DNA from: Podarcis liolepis
Lineage: Eukaryota
Strand: one strand, 5' to 3'
Assembly: GCA_965112155.1 (NCBI GenBank)
Contig: OZ218102.1
DNA length: 64,000 bases
The notes below the pieces were generated by a model that did not search any database, had not been told where the DNA came from, and saw only the letters and a program-made list of their open reading frames with translations. Both the position numbers and the translations under genes were made by a program. This document shows, piece by piece, positions 25,034 to 36,300 of the stretch. Position 1 is the first letter of the stretch, and every line of letters starts with the position of its first letter.

Positions 25034-28000
25034 TTCCACTGCCCTTTTCGGCTTGCCTATCACATAGCTCTGAAGCTGTGAAACCTGAGTCCGGTGTTAC
25101 ACGGTTGCTATGCAGGATTCCTTATGGTGGAAACTAGGGAGAGAGAGCGTACTTATTTACATATGACGTGTCCAGTCAGTCACCAGGTGAACTGTTCCCA
25201 TTCCCTGCCTCCTTGCTGTGAGAAAAGGAAAACTGCAGAGGGAGGAGACTCACCTAGGGCGATTCATTTGCTGGAAGCTACCATTTGTCCTCTGTGGTGT
25301 GAAAGGACCACCTTTGGGGCCTATAAAAAGGCATTTCTTAAGTATCCTTGGGAGTGACACAAAGAATTTTTAACAACCTAATGACAGTTTACTAGGACCA
25401 ATCAAAACATAACAAAATTATGAGCCAAGTTAGGCAATAGTAGGCAATAATATAATTACTAGGCAAGCACCATAATTATATTGTTTTCCATGCCTGCTAT
25501 AAGCTTTTCTGTTTATGAAAGACTACACAGACATGTAATTTTATCATGCATATTTGTTTTTTAAAACTTGCTTTTATTTAAATTTTGAAAATTGTATTAT
25601 GAAATTTTAAAAGCTGTTTTGTCACTATTTTAATTAATATTTTGTACTATTTTACCTAAACCACCTAGTTGTTGTTAGTGCTATCTAAACCTTACTAAAC
25701 AAAATTTTAAAAGGCTTTTAGAGTTCAACAGAAATTTGTGATTTAGTCTCAGTTTACACTCCGTGACTGTGCTGTGAAACCGATGGATCCAGAACTTTGC
25801 AGCACCACTGTGGATTTATGTGGCATGGATGTGGCCTGTTATTGTACGGTGGAACTGTGATACCTGCATGTAAAATCATGAGGGCTTGTTCCTTGCATCT
25901 TATACTTTTTTGCTTTTCCAGAGCAGATGGTGTTAAGACCATGATTTTACCATGCTGTCTGTGGGCATGAAGAGAAGCCTAGATTGGGGGGGGGGGCATG
26001 TCATGAAGTCAAGAAGTAAAAGAAGTAGCTACACCCTTTTTGGGAAATGCACCAGGAGATATATTGTACATTGATGTGGTGTAGTGGCCTGTCACAATTG
26101 CTCCTTCATGCCAGTGACCTTCACTCTCCTAGGCAGCAGTTATCCTTATTTTGGCTAGAAACAGCCTTACAGTATTTTGCTAAAATGTGTTACTTGTCTG
26201 CTTCCCAGCTTAAACATTTAGAAGAGATAGCGTACAGCTATACCATCTTAGGAGGATCACAGCCTAAATACCTGTAAGAGAGAACAGCTGTGATTGGGGG
26301 AGGATCCCTTGAAGCAGCATTAGGCTTATTATTGGCAGCTGCCGCACCAATCATGCAGCCCAATTTAGGAAGGCCCCTGTGATTCAGACACAGGGAGAGC
26401 ATCAGTGCAGACCTGCCATGCTGTGTCATTTGGTGACTACCTATGGGGTCCTCTCCGTTGCTGTCCCTGTGGAGCTCCCAGCAACTGAACGGAGGTGTTG
26501 CTTACTTGGTGTAGTATACTCTTATGTATAATCTGCCTGCTTTTTAATAAATCTTAAGGCTTTCTTCCCCAATTGTGCCTTGTCTTGCTTCTGAATCCCA
26601 GAGAAAGAGCCCCCTTGCCTTTGGCAGGGCACCCTCCCTCCCTCCCAAGAATCTGGAACAAAAATATTATATCAGCTGTGAATGGAGCTTCATCACTGTC
26701 TTGTGTATACTGTAGCTCTCATCAGAACTTATTTGGATTCTCATGTTCCTGCTTGAACATCTTCAAGATGCAGAGCACAGAAGACGAGGCATTCCAAGAC
26801 TTTATGGCGGGTCAAATTTAAATTAGCTGTTGCCCTGGCTTCTGAATATATTTAACAGCCTGTTAATGCAGATTCATTGTCCTACTTCGGTTTCTTGGGT
26901 TTATACAAACGTCTTAGATTTGTTTGGACATGGGTGGATGACTGACAGCAGCAGACAGGAATAACCAGTGAACAAAGATATTGCAGCAAGGATCTGCCAG
27001 GTCACAGACAGTTCCACCTCCTTGAACTACAACTGGAGACAGGTAAGATTGTGTGGTTTAAAATTATTGCCTATCTCTGCACAGGTGACTTCACTGCGTT
27101 TTAGTGAGGCTTTCTCTCAAATGAGTGGGTAGAGGGTTATTAACTATGAACCCCCAAATTTGGTATCCCTTCCAAACCTCTGGCTAGCATGTCAGGCTAG
27201 GACCTGGAGCCAGGGTTCTGTTCCCCACTCAGCCATGAAACTCACTGGGTAACCTTGGGCCAATCACTGCCTCTCACCCTAGCTTACCTCACAGGGTGAG
27301 ATATGAATTAAATTAATAAGTAGCACTTCAGTTTAAGAGGAATTCATCCATTGGTCAAAGAACAGCAGACTACAGCACAAGTAGCTTGTGCGCCGTGCTG
27401 TAATTGACATGATTGCAATTAGGCATTTCCTCATATATATCATTACGTATAAGGCTTAATGAAAGGAGGGTGTGTATATAATTGGCATGAAATAATCACA
27501 TTCTTACTAATTACTTTTCGCCTTGACTATGAGTATGAAGCCTTTTTTCAACTAGGTGTTGAGGCCAAGGCATTCGACTAGGAGCTTAAAGTGAGTTCTT
27601 ATAGCAGAGCCATAGTGGCAGTGGCAGGAGGGGTAGCCAGGTTTTTTTGCCCCAGGTGAAGCTTCTGGAGAGGATTACCATTGGGGCTCCCAGCCTGTGT
27701 GTGTGTACGCAAATGTGCATGGGAGTGTGTTTTTGACCCAGATTAAATAAAGCATAGTTTCTTCCCTGCCTACAGCTGATGAGTGGTGGCAACTCACCCT
27801 GGTCCTGGAGGGTCAACAAGTGGGGCTTCAAAACCCCATATCACCTCACATCATAGTGACATCAGGTGACTGATAGGACAACCCCACCCACCTGTAAAAC
27901 TTGGTTCAGCAGAGGTGGAAAGATAAGAATCTGGATCACTAGCCAGGAAAGGTTCCCCCACCCCTTCGGCTGAAGGACTAGGGAGGTCAAGGAAAGAGGG

Positions 28001-28226
28001 AAATGTTTACAGATTCTAAACAAGCAAAGCAGGAACTAGCCTCGGATGAGGATGTTTACAAAAGTTGTATTCTTTCGGGGTGTCCCAGTCCTGTAATATG
28101 TTGCGAAACCTGTTGGAATCACTGAGCAGGTCTGGTACAACAACAGGGAACACGTTGAAGATTAGGCTGTTGGTGTAGGCTCTCTAGAACAGGTATAGGC
28201 AGCCTGCAGGCTTGCAAGATCTATTT

Positions 28227-28460
28227 CATGGGTAGACAAACTAAGGCCCGGGGGCCGGATCCAGCCCAATCGTCTTCTAAATGGAATCAGTGTGTTTTTA
28301 CATGAGAAGATTGTGTCATTTTATTTAAAATGTGTATCTGGGTTATTTCTGGGGCATAGGAATTCGTTCATTTCCCCCCCTTCAAAATATAGTCCATCCG
28401 TCCCCCAAGGTCTGAGGGACAGTGAACCGGCCCCCTGCTGAAAAAGTTTGCTGACGCCTG
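28227..28460. mobile_element. hAT MITE
   Basis: Imperfect TIRs CATGGGTAGACAAACT / AGTTTGCTGACGCCTG; perfect 8-bp TSD ATCTATTT. Confidence 0.88.
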
Positions 28461-29072
28461 ATCTATTTTGTTTTCATTACAACCTCAAGATAGACTCAGG
28501 TGGAGTTACGTGCAAAAGAGGCAGATTTAGAATAAAAGAATTTGGAGCCCAGTAATTCATTATGAATACCATAACTTAAATGAGCTGACTCAAAAAGCTA
28601 CTTCTGGTTACCCATTCTGGTTACACTCCCTATCTCTCAACTTCATTTCAGTAGCATGTGGTGGATGGTGAGTCTTTATATTGCTGCTAAAACAACTGAG
28701 TGCTCCTTGTCAAATTTCTTCAGTTTCCTCAGAGGTTTACCACCAGAACCTACTCCACCTTCTGCCACTCCTGTTAAAAGAAGGGAGACTGAGATTGAGA
28801 GCACACATCTGTGTACTGAAGTTCTAAGATTTGTACTCCATTGATTGTAGCTCTTTCTGTGACAGCAAGCCCCAGTGTTCCCTTGTTCCTACTGGCAAGT
28901 GGATGTCAAAAGAACAAGCAAGCACCCCAACCTCAAAGCCAGCAGGACTTGCAAGAATGTTGGTGTTTCAGCAGCTGGTGGAGAATGTTATTGAAAGGAC
29001 AGAACACAAGTACTTCCATTAACCTACGAAACACTTTTTGTGCAATTGTCCTCAGTTATGAGGTTCAGCTGT

Positions 29073-31039
29073 TGTGACGGCGCAACAGCACTTTCCCCCC
29101 TGGCGCCATTGGGCCCACCCTCACTTAAATATATATGTGCACCCACCTCACAGAAACCAAGCACCTTCACTGTTTCTTGAAATGCGAGGTTTCATCTTCT
29201 CTCAAAATTCACAAAATTAATATTTCACTCAAAATTCCACATATCTGTGGGCGTAAGTACAGTATCCAGTTTTCCTCAGTGATATTTAAATCTTTACAGG
29301 TCCGTTCAAAACTAAACAGGAATGCCTGTACATCATCACCTTTGACATACTTTGGAAATCTCTTTATATTAGTTGAGGTAAAATCTTCACCCTGCAACAA
29401 TGGTTGTGGCAGTTCTGCTCTCAGCTTAATTTCCTCCATTTTTAAAAGAAACATGTCTTTTTCATGGGCCATCTTGGCCTCCCTTTCTCTGTATTCTTGG
29501 GCTAATCTGGCATCTTTCTCTTTTTCCTCATGAGCTAATCTGCTCTCTCTGCCATATCTCTCTCAGCCTTTATCTGTGCTACCTGAATGTCAGCTGCGAT
29601 TCTGGCCTTTTCTCTTTCTGCTACAATTTGTTTTTCTTTCTCTGCTTCAACTTTAGCCAATTCTAATCTTAGCCTCATCATTTCTAATTCAGTATTAGGA
29701 TTCTCCTCAAATGCAGCAGCTCCCTGCACTGGGTCATCCCAAGTCTCTCTTGCTTGGCGCTTACTGGTCATTTTCTGACAGAAAATTTTTCTTCTTTTAA
29801 TAAAATATCCTCAATACTTTATTAAACTGGTTGTTCTGTATCTCTGGGTACATTTCTGTGTGGGTTTTAACTTCATATCACGGCGCTGCCACTAATTAAT
29901 ATGCGACGGTCAACAGCCCTTTCCCCCCTGGTGCCGTTGGGCCCACCCTCACTTAAATATAGTGCACCCACCTCACAGAACACCAGTTCCACGAATTCCC
30001 ACAAACTACCCCAGATTATCTTGTGGGGGACTTGTGTGAGGGAAAACTTAATAATTTGGAGTCTCAGGCAGAATTTGATCAAATAAAGAATAAAGATTTT
30101 ATTTAAAAAAGGAAGTTTATGACACAAGTGGGTAAAACATAGGATACTTCAGATTGTAATATTTCACTTCAGTGCTCTTTGTTGTTGCACAGCTGTTGCC
30201 ACTTAATATTTTGGTTCTTAAAACAAGGTGGTACTTCCTGTCAGTTCCACACCCCTTAGACAACCCTACTCCTGAGGTACTCCAAGTAATAGACTCAAGG
30301 GATCTCCACACCCCTCTTAAGTGGTTTGGGAGTCTTCTCTTTTCGTAGAAGAATCTCTCCCCTCCTGACTGGAATGAGACCTAAGTAGACTGTATTCTCA
30401 CAGCTTCTACCTCTCCTGGCTCAGCCTCCCAGTTAATTCCTGGCCTAATTACTCTTACAGGACACCACACACTGTCCTTCACAATAAGCTCAGAGACTCC
30501 TTTGTCCAGCTTGTGATATATTCCTTAGAGTGGGTGTTTCTACCCAGAACAAATTCTTTCCTCTCACTCCCCATCTCCCTACCTATTCTCCCAACCTACT
30601 CTATCCCAAACTAAAAACTGTCTCTCCAAATCCTCTCCTTTTCAACTCCCCCTCCTGGAACCCCCAGTCAAATCATAAGCTGCTGTTTGCTAACCATTTG
30701 CTGGCAGGGAAAAAGAAACAGAAAACACTTGTTGACCCAACCTGCCAAGCAAAACAATCTTTTCCATCACAGCTGTTGCTTCAGGAGGCCCAACTGGCCT
30801 AGTTGCCCATCATTAAAAACCCACTGGGAGCCATTATTGTTTATAGGGTTAATAAGACCCAGAATGCATGTCAGGCAATGAGCTGCTTCCCTGTGGTGGC
30901 GGAAGGCCTTATCAGGCTTAACTGTGGTGGCAGCAGACCTCCCTGGGCCTTGCGGCCTCCTCCTGATATGTGTGATGTCATACATATGTCAAACATGTGA
31001 CATCATGCGCACACAACAAGCACCCCCCTCCATGTCACA
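29073..31039 (-). mobile_element. Internally deleted Gypsy-type LTR retrotransposon: 5' LTR (~31039-29902), PBS, frameshifted gag 5' part, terminal ~90 bp of the 3' LTR
   Basis: TG...CA termini; AATAAA at 30103-30098; PBS 29894-29877 similar to tRNA-Leu 3' end; ~85-bp direct repeat at 29073 and 29902; gag-like PKY..GDD.QAFL.SFER.C...W..YLRP. Confidence 0.82.
29170..29771 (-). pseudogene. Degenerate gag (coiled coil plus N-terminal capsid-like region), frameshift near 29540
   Basis: ORFs 29771-29535 and 29472-29209 join if 1 nt is restored; 11-aa repeats ARLAHE/ARLAQE/AKMAHE. Confidence 0.75.
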
Positions 31040-31059
31040 CAGACCTTGGCACCAATGCT

Positions 31060-31290
31060 CTGTCCAGTTCTGGGTGCCACAATTTGAGGAGGATATTGGC
31101 AAACTGGAATGTGTGCAGAGGTGGAATGTGTGCAGACGCCCTCAGGCAGTTGTGGACTCTCCTTCCTTGGAGGTTTTTAAGCAGAGGCTGGGTGGCCATC
31201 TGTCATGAATGCTTTAGTTGAGATTCCTGAATTTCAGGGAGTTGGATTAGATGACCCTCGGGGTCCTTCCTTATACAATTCTCTGATTCC
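31060..31290 (+). mobile_element. CR1 LINE 3' fragment with internal deletion
   Basis: SVQFWVPQF..DI.KLECVQR then SPSLEVFKQRL; ends in an ATTCT..GATTC-like tail. Confidence 0.8.
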
Positions 31291-33116
31291 ACGTGTTTAA
31301 TATTCCTGGAAGTCTGAATTATGTTACTCTAATTAAACCATGTCAAATGTCATCTGTACAACAACTGTGGAAGAAGAAATTAACAGTCTTTTTTTTAAAT
31401 TATACATCATCAGCCAAACAAAACAAGCTTGAAAGCAGCAATTAAAGTTAATGGGAACTTTTGTACTGATTTTATAGGCCTGTATAATTCTTCCAAAGAT
31501 TCCTGCCTTGCAGAAATACCCTGAGATCTTCATGACCTACCCCCATTATACTTCAGGATGATGGACTAGGAAAGGGGTATTGGCCTGATCCAGCAGGCTC
31601 GTCTTATGAAGTTTGCCTAAATACCAGCCTGCATATAATTTGTGCTTTAAAAGGGAAAAACAACAACAACCCACTAACACCAGAATTTTACACCAAGATC
31701 AATAAAATTCTGTGAAAAAAGATGAATTTTATGACCAGGTGCTGGAGACAAAGAACAGGAAGAGGCTGTTGTCTTCATGGTACGCTTTTAAGTTTTCAAC
31801 AAGTAGCTTGCTAGTCATAGCTGGAAATGTAACACTAGACTCCTAGATGGACATTTGGTCTCATCCACACAAAACTAGTTATATGAATATGTAAATTCAA
31901 AACAGGGTATTTGTACTTATTTGCATAATTTGTTTTGCTTTTAATCTCAGGGAGAGGCAAACATGAATGTAGGAAGGAACCTATATTTCAGACTACAGGG
32001 CTAGAACTTTCCTTTAATAATAAACAGAAACTCTTAGGATGCTGAAGTTTGTGCCCAAGGCTAGTTTTTGCCTCTGTGCCAAATACACGTGCGCCTTGAT
32101 CATTTAGCTTGATTTTACCGTTGCCATTTCACAGATTACCGGTATTTCTGAAGCCCTTTTTGTCCTTACACCGATTCTACGCAGCTTAGCGCATAGCCCA
32201 TCGAAATCAAAAGGCATAGGCGCGCCTAGCTGCATCGGATCTGGCTGTTTAAAAAAGGATCCCACACAGGAGACAGGTGATGCTGCCTCCCAACTGCTTC
32301 ATTACTGGGGCAGCCGATTTCGCATACGTACAACCGTCTAGTAGGCTGTTGTCTGCCGACGCTCGTGCCGAGCAAGCCATCCGCCGGCAACAGCCCCTGC
32401 CGCAGATCGCGTTGTTCTTCCGGAATCGGAAGGATGCCGGGCTCAAGCGGTGATGTCTCCTAACCCATTTTAATCGGAAGCAAAATCCAGTGGATGGTGG
32501 CAAGACTCGCTCCCCCCCTAGGTAAGTGTATATAGTTAGGAGGGTCTCCCGGAGAAGCAGAATGAGCGCGCGCGCGCTGGGCGTTCCACCCATATGCTAG
32601 TTCCTTTCGCACGTGCATGCTTTTAACTCGGAAGTTAAAACGGGGTCGACTATCGAAGCAAAGCGTGCAAAGGGCGAGTGTCTTAGAAACCAAGCTGTCA
32701 TCATTCTCCATAACGGGAATCCCTCGACCCCGCGATCGAGGAGAGCAGCAGACAGCTCGGCGGCCTTTTGCTCCTTTTATACCGCAGCAGCAGCAACAGG
32801 CGCTTTCCCGCCGCGTCGCTTCTGCAGCCGCCGCCGCCCTCGGTCTCTCTCTTAGCGGTCCCTCCGCAGGAAGGCGACTTGGTTCCCCTCGGCCCCAGGT
32901 AGGAGCAGCAGAAGTGCTTCCAGGCCTCGGCGCGGGGCTGAAGGGAGGAGGAGGAGGAGGAGGTGGGCGAGGGCAGCAGCAGCGACACTCCGCCGGGTAA
33001 ACGAGAGCAGAGAAAATGGCGCCTCCGCCGGGCAGAAGCGGCTTCAGCTGAGGGAGGAGCGGCGGAGAGGTAGGCCGGGCTTGTGCACCGGCGACAACAG
33101 GCAGGGCCGGGATATA

Positions 33117-33247
33117 ATGCGGCAGTGGTTCCCCCGGCTTATTCCTCTCCTCAGCAGGACTGTGCTGCTCTCCTGGGGCTGCTGCTTCGCCCGGCCTCTC
33201 GCTCCGCCTCGCCTGCTTTCGCTGCGACAGCGGCTCTTCGTCTCCGG
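33117..33247 (+). CDS. IDE: IDE exon 1, putative mitochondrial presequence (MRQWFPRLIPLLSR...RQRLFVS)
   Basis: Arg/Leu-rich, acid-free peptide in the CpG island; donor GG|GTATCG gives the phase 2 needed by exon 2, but the donor is weak. Confidence 0.72.
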
Positions 33248-33322
33248 GTATCGTGTCTCCTTCCCCACCTCCTCCGCCACGCGGCGCGCCGTTGCCCCAA
33301 AATGGGGGTGTTGTGTGCCAGT

Positions 33323-33360
33323 GTAGTAGTAGTAGTAGTAGCAGCAGCAGTAGTATTATT
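33323..33360. repeat. Compound (GTA)n(GCA)n microsatellite after IDE exon 1
   Basis: Directly visible. Confidence 0.9.
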
Positions 33361-36300
33361 AACGGTGTGGGTGTGGGGGAGATGTGTGTGTGCGCGCGCG
33401 CCCCCCAGCTCCCTCTTTCCGTTGTGTAAGCCGTTGAGGCGGCGCGAGGAGAGAGATATCCACCCCACCCCCCGCCACCCGGGTTTCTGCCCTGGTTGTA
33501 TAACAGGCGGTTAAATGTGTGTGATTTTTTTTGGAGGGGGACCTCTACCTGGGAGCGGGTGAATCAGCGCTAATGCGAGGCCGTGGGGGAAGGGAAGGTG
33601 GACTCTGGCACTGAGCTGTTTAAGGAGGGAGGCTTGGCTTTGAGGGGAGGGGGCGGTGTAGCGGCCTCTTTCTCCGAGTCTGCGAAGTGACTCTGGTAGG
33701 CAAGAAAGGGGGTCGTATGCGGCTGCGAAATAGCCCCCAAGCGATTGAGTCGGGTGTAGTGGTGCAAGTAGGAGTAAGCAAGTCGTAAACAGCTGGCGCA
33801 AATAACGCTCGATGGTGGCTGTGGTTGTTTTCTTTTCCCTACCCCTGCGCCCACCCCTTGTATTTTTTGCTGGGAGTCATGTTTTTAATGGGAGGAATTC
33901 AACGTCACATTGGTCGTAACCGGTTTACTAAGGGGAGAACTTAGCAAGCGGCGAACGATCGCTGAAATTCGAGCGAAAGAATGTTTTTTTCGCAGAAAAA
34001 AATTGGGAAATCGAGTTTTTTTCTTCGCAAACTGCGATCGTCTTTAAATACTGTGTCGCCGTCGGTACACGAATGCTTTTCTCTTAGTGTGTGTGGATGT
34101 CAGAAACAAGAGCACAAAATACATGCATGCAGGCGAGGGTTTTGCAATATCGTGTTGCTGTTCTTTAAGTGCGACTGTTTTGCATGAGTTGGCAATATTA
34201 GTTGTTTACCTACAGGGCTGATGGAAAGTACTTCCCTGCAAGTGTGTACGTAACAGGTTTATCAGATCCCCGTTGTCTTTGAAGAGGATTAGCTTTTAAT
34301 GCTTGCATGGCTTTCATGTGGACTTAAAAACACAGTGCAGACAACTTTGTTTAGAGCAAGAATCGGGAACCATGTTAGCCCAACATTATGTAAGTTAGGA
34401 ATGCATTAGACACCTTTATAAGTTGTTCCACAGGAAGGAAGCTTCTCTCCCCACCCATTCAAAACTGTGGTTTTGACACTGTTTAACAACTGTTTTCCTT
34501 CATAGAACACATGCAGCAATGCTAAACACACTTACTTGGGAGTAAGCCCCCACTGAACTAAATAAGACTTCTTAGTAGACAGCTGTACAATTGCACCATA
34601 AATCATTTTGAATTCAAAAGGTATGCCATAATTGAACAGAGTAGGATTTGGCTTGTACTCAGAAAACATACTTAAATACAAATGAGGCAACAGTTAGTTT
34701 AAATACAGTAGTTTAAGTATAATATACAGCAGGTCTATAGAGCATCTGTTTTCTGACACATTGGTCTGTATGAGGAAGAACAACCACATTGCTGAACAAA
34801 AGCATGCAAAGCTTTGAAAATGTATAGGCTTAGGTTAATGTAGTCAAATGGTAAGATGAGGTGCAACAAAGTGCTCTTGGAATTAAGCTCCATTGAACTT
34901 GGTGGGAGTTGCCTACCACTAAACATAAATAAGATCAGGTTGTACAGGTTTCCAGTGAATGTGTCATGTAGTAGCAAGATTTTTGAATTTAAGAACTATT
35001 ATAAAAAATATTTGATCTATGTATTAAATATAAATCTGTTGCTAACATATTGTTAAGAAAGGATGACTGAGAAGCTTTCACCAAAGGTAACTTAATACTC
35101 TGATATATGTTTGAAATAAATGCATCCCTTGATTCTGTTGTAATTAGGCCCACATACCTGCATCAGTAAATTTTTTAAAGAAGTGGAACAAAGGTTTCAA
35201 CAACACAATCCATAAAATGAGTTGGCAATACTGCAGATTATTTCATGCTTTAATTATTCTTTCCTGCCTGTGTGTGCACCACATGCATGTACTGTACACA
35301 ACATCAGAAGTAGGGCTATCTCCCATTTAATTTTTATTAATCTGCGTACATTTGCACATTAAAAGTTCTTCAGATGATTTGATATCTCAGCCCCCCTCCT
35401 GTGTCTTCCTGGAGGAAATGGTACTTCTAAAATGTTCTTTGAACTTTTTAATACATTATCAATACTGATTTTTTTAAAAGGTGAATTGAGGATACCTTTC
35501 CAGTTGGGCACAATGTTTAATTCATTGATCAAATAGTAGTTGCTGAATCCCACAACAGAAGATAGCTTCGTTTTGCTGGAGCAATAGACATAGTTGGATT
35601 TTCTATCCACCCTATGAACGTTTGGACATTGCCAATGCTAATACAATGAGATCATCCATCCAGGCTCCCATCCTACACTGTTACGCCTTTTGTTCACTTT
35701 GTTTGTTATTTTTTCTTATTAACAAGAAATTCTGTCATCTCCAGAAAAAGGTTTAACTCCCCCCCCCCCCATTTTGGGGGGGGCTGTGGCTCCTGTTTGC
35801 TAACAGAGTATCTCCATTTCAATGTCAGAGTATGAAATTATGCTCTTTTATTTTATCTTGATCCCATTAGATTTATAGTACCAGTGTATCATTGAATCTG
35901 AAATGTGTGTCACAGTTGTGGGCTACATTGATGTCAAGAACTTCCACCTCAAATCCCTGGGCACAGTTCTTGATGTTTCAGATCTTGTCTACTGAGCAGG
36001 GTATAAAACCAACCCTGCAATGTAGTGTACTACCACTGCTCCTTAAGTCCAACCAGCCTGGGCTGAGAGACCCTTACTGGATGCTTCTAGGATATCAGAG
36101 AAAGAGAAGTTAAAAGCAGGGCACTTAGGAACTGGATTCAGTACAAAGGCTTTATCCCAAAAGGCAGACACCCATCTTAAATGAGATAGTTATTCAAAAG
36201 AAAAGGGGAAAGCATGTGAAAGTCCCATAAAAAGTGCAGATCTTAAATACAATTGACAATTATGAATGGAATCATGAAACTAACTTTCTAAATCAGTGAC

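Larger units (their letters stand above)
32200..34080. promoter_or_regulatory. IDE CpG-island promoter (CACGTG ~32610, CGGAAGT ~32629, YY1-type AAAATGGCG 33013-33021)
   Basis: Long CpG-rich block surrounding IDE exon 1; motifs read directly from the sequence. Confidence 0.8.

Noticed and set aside
25990-26700. LTR-like segment with AATAAA
   Set aside because: Could not define termini or a TSD with confidence
32249-33854. Many ORFs around the IDE promoter
   Set aside because: CpG-island composition effect; only 33117-33247 fits the IDE splice phase
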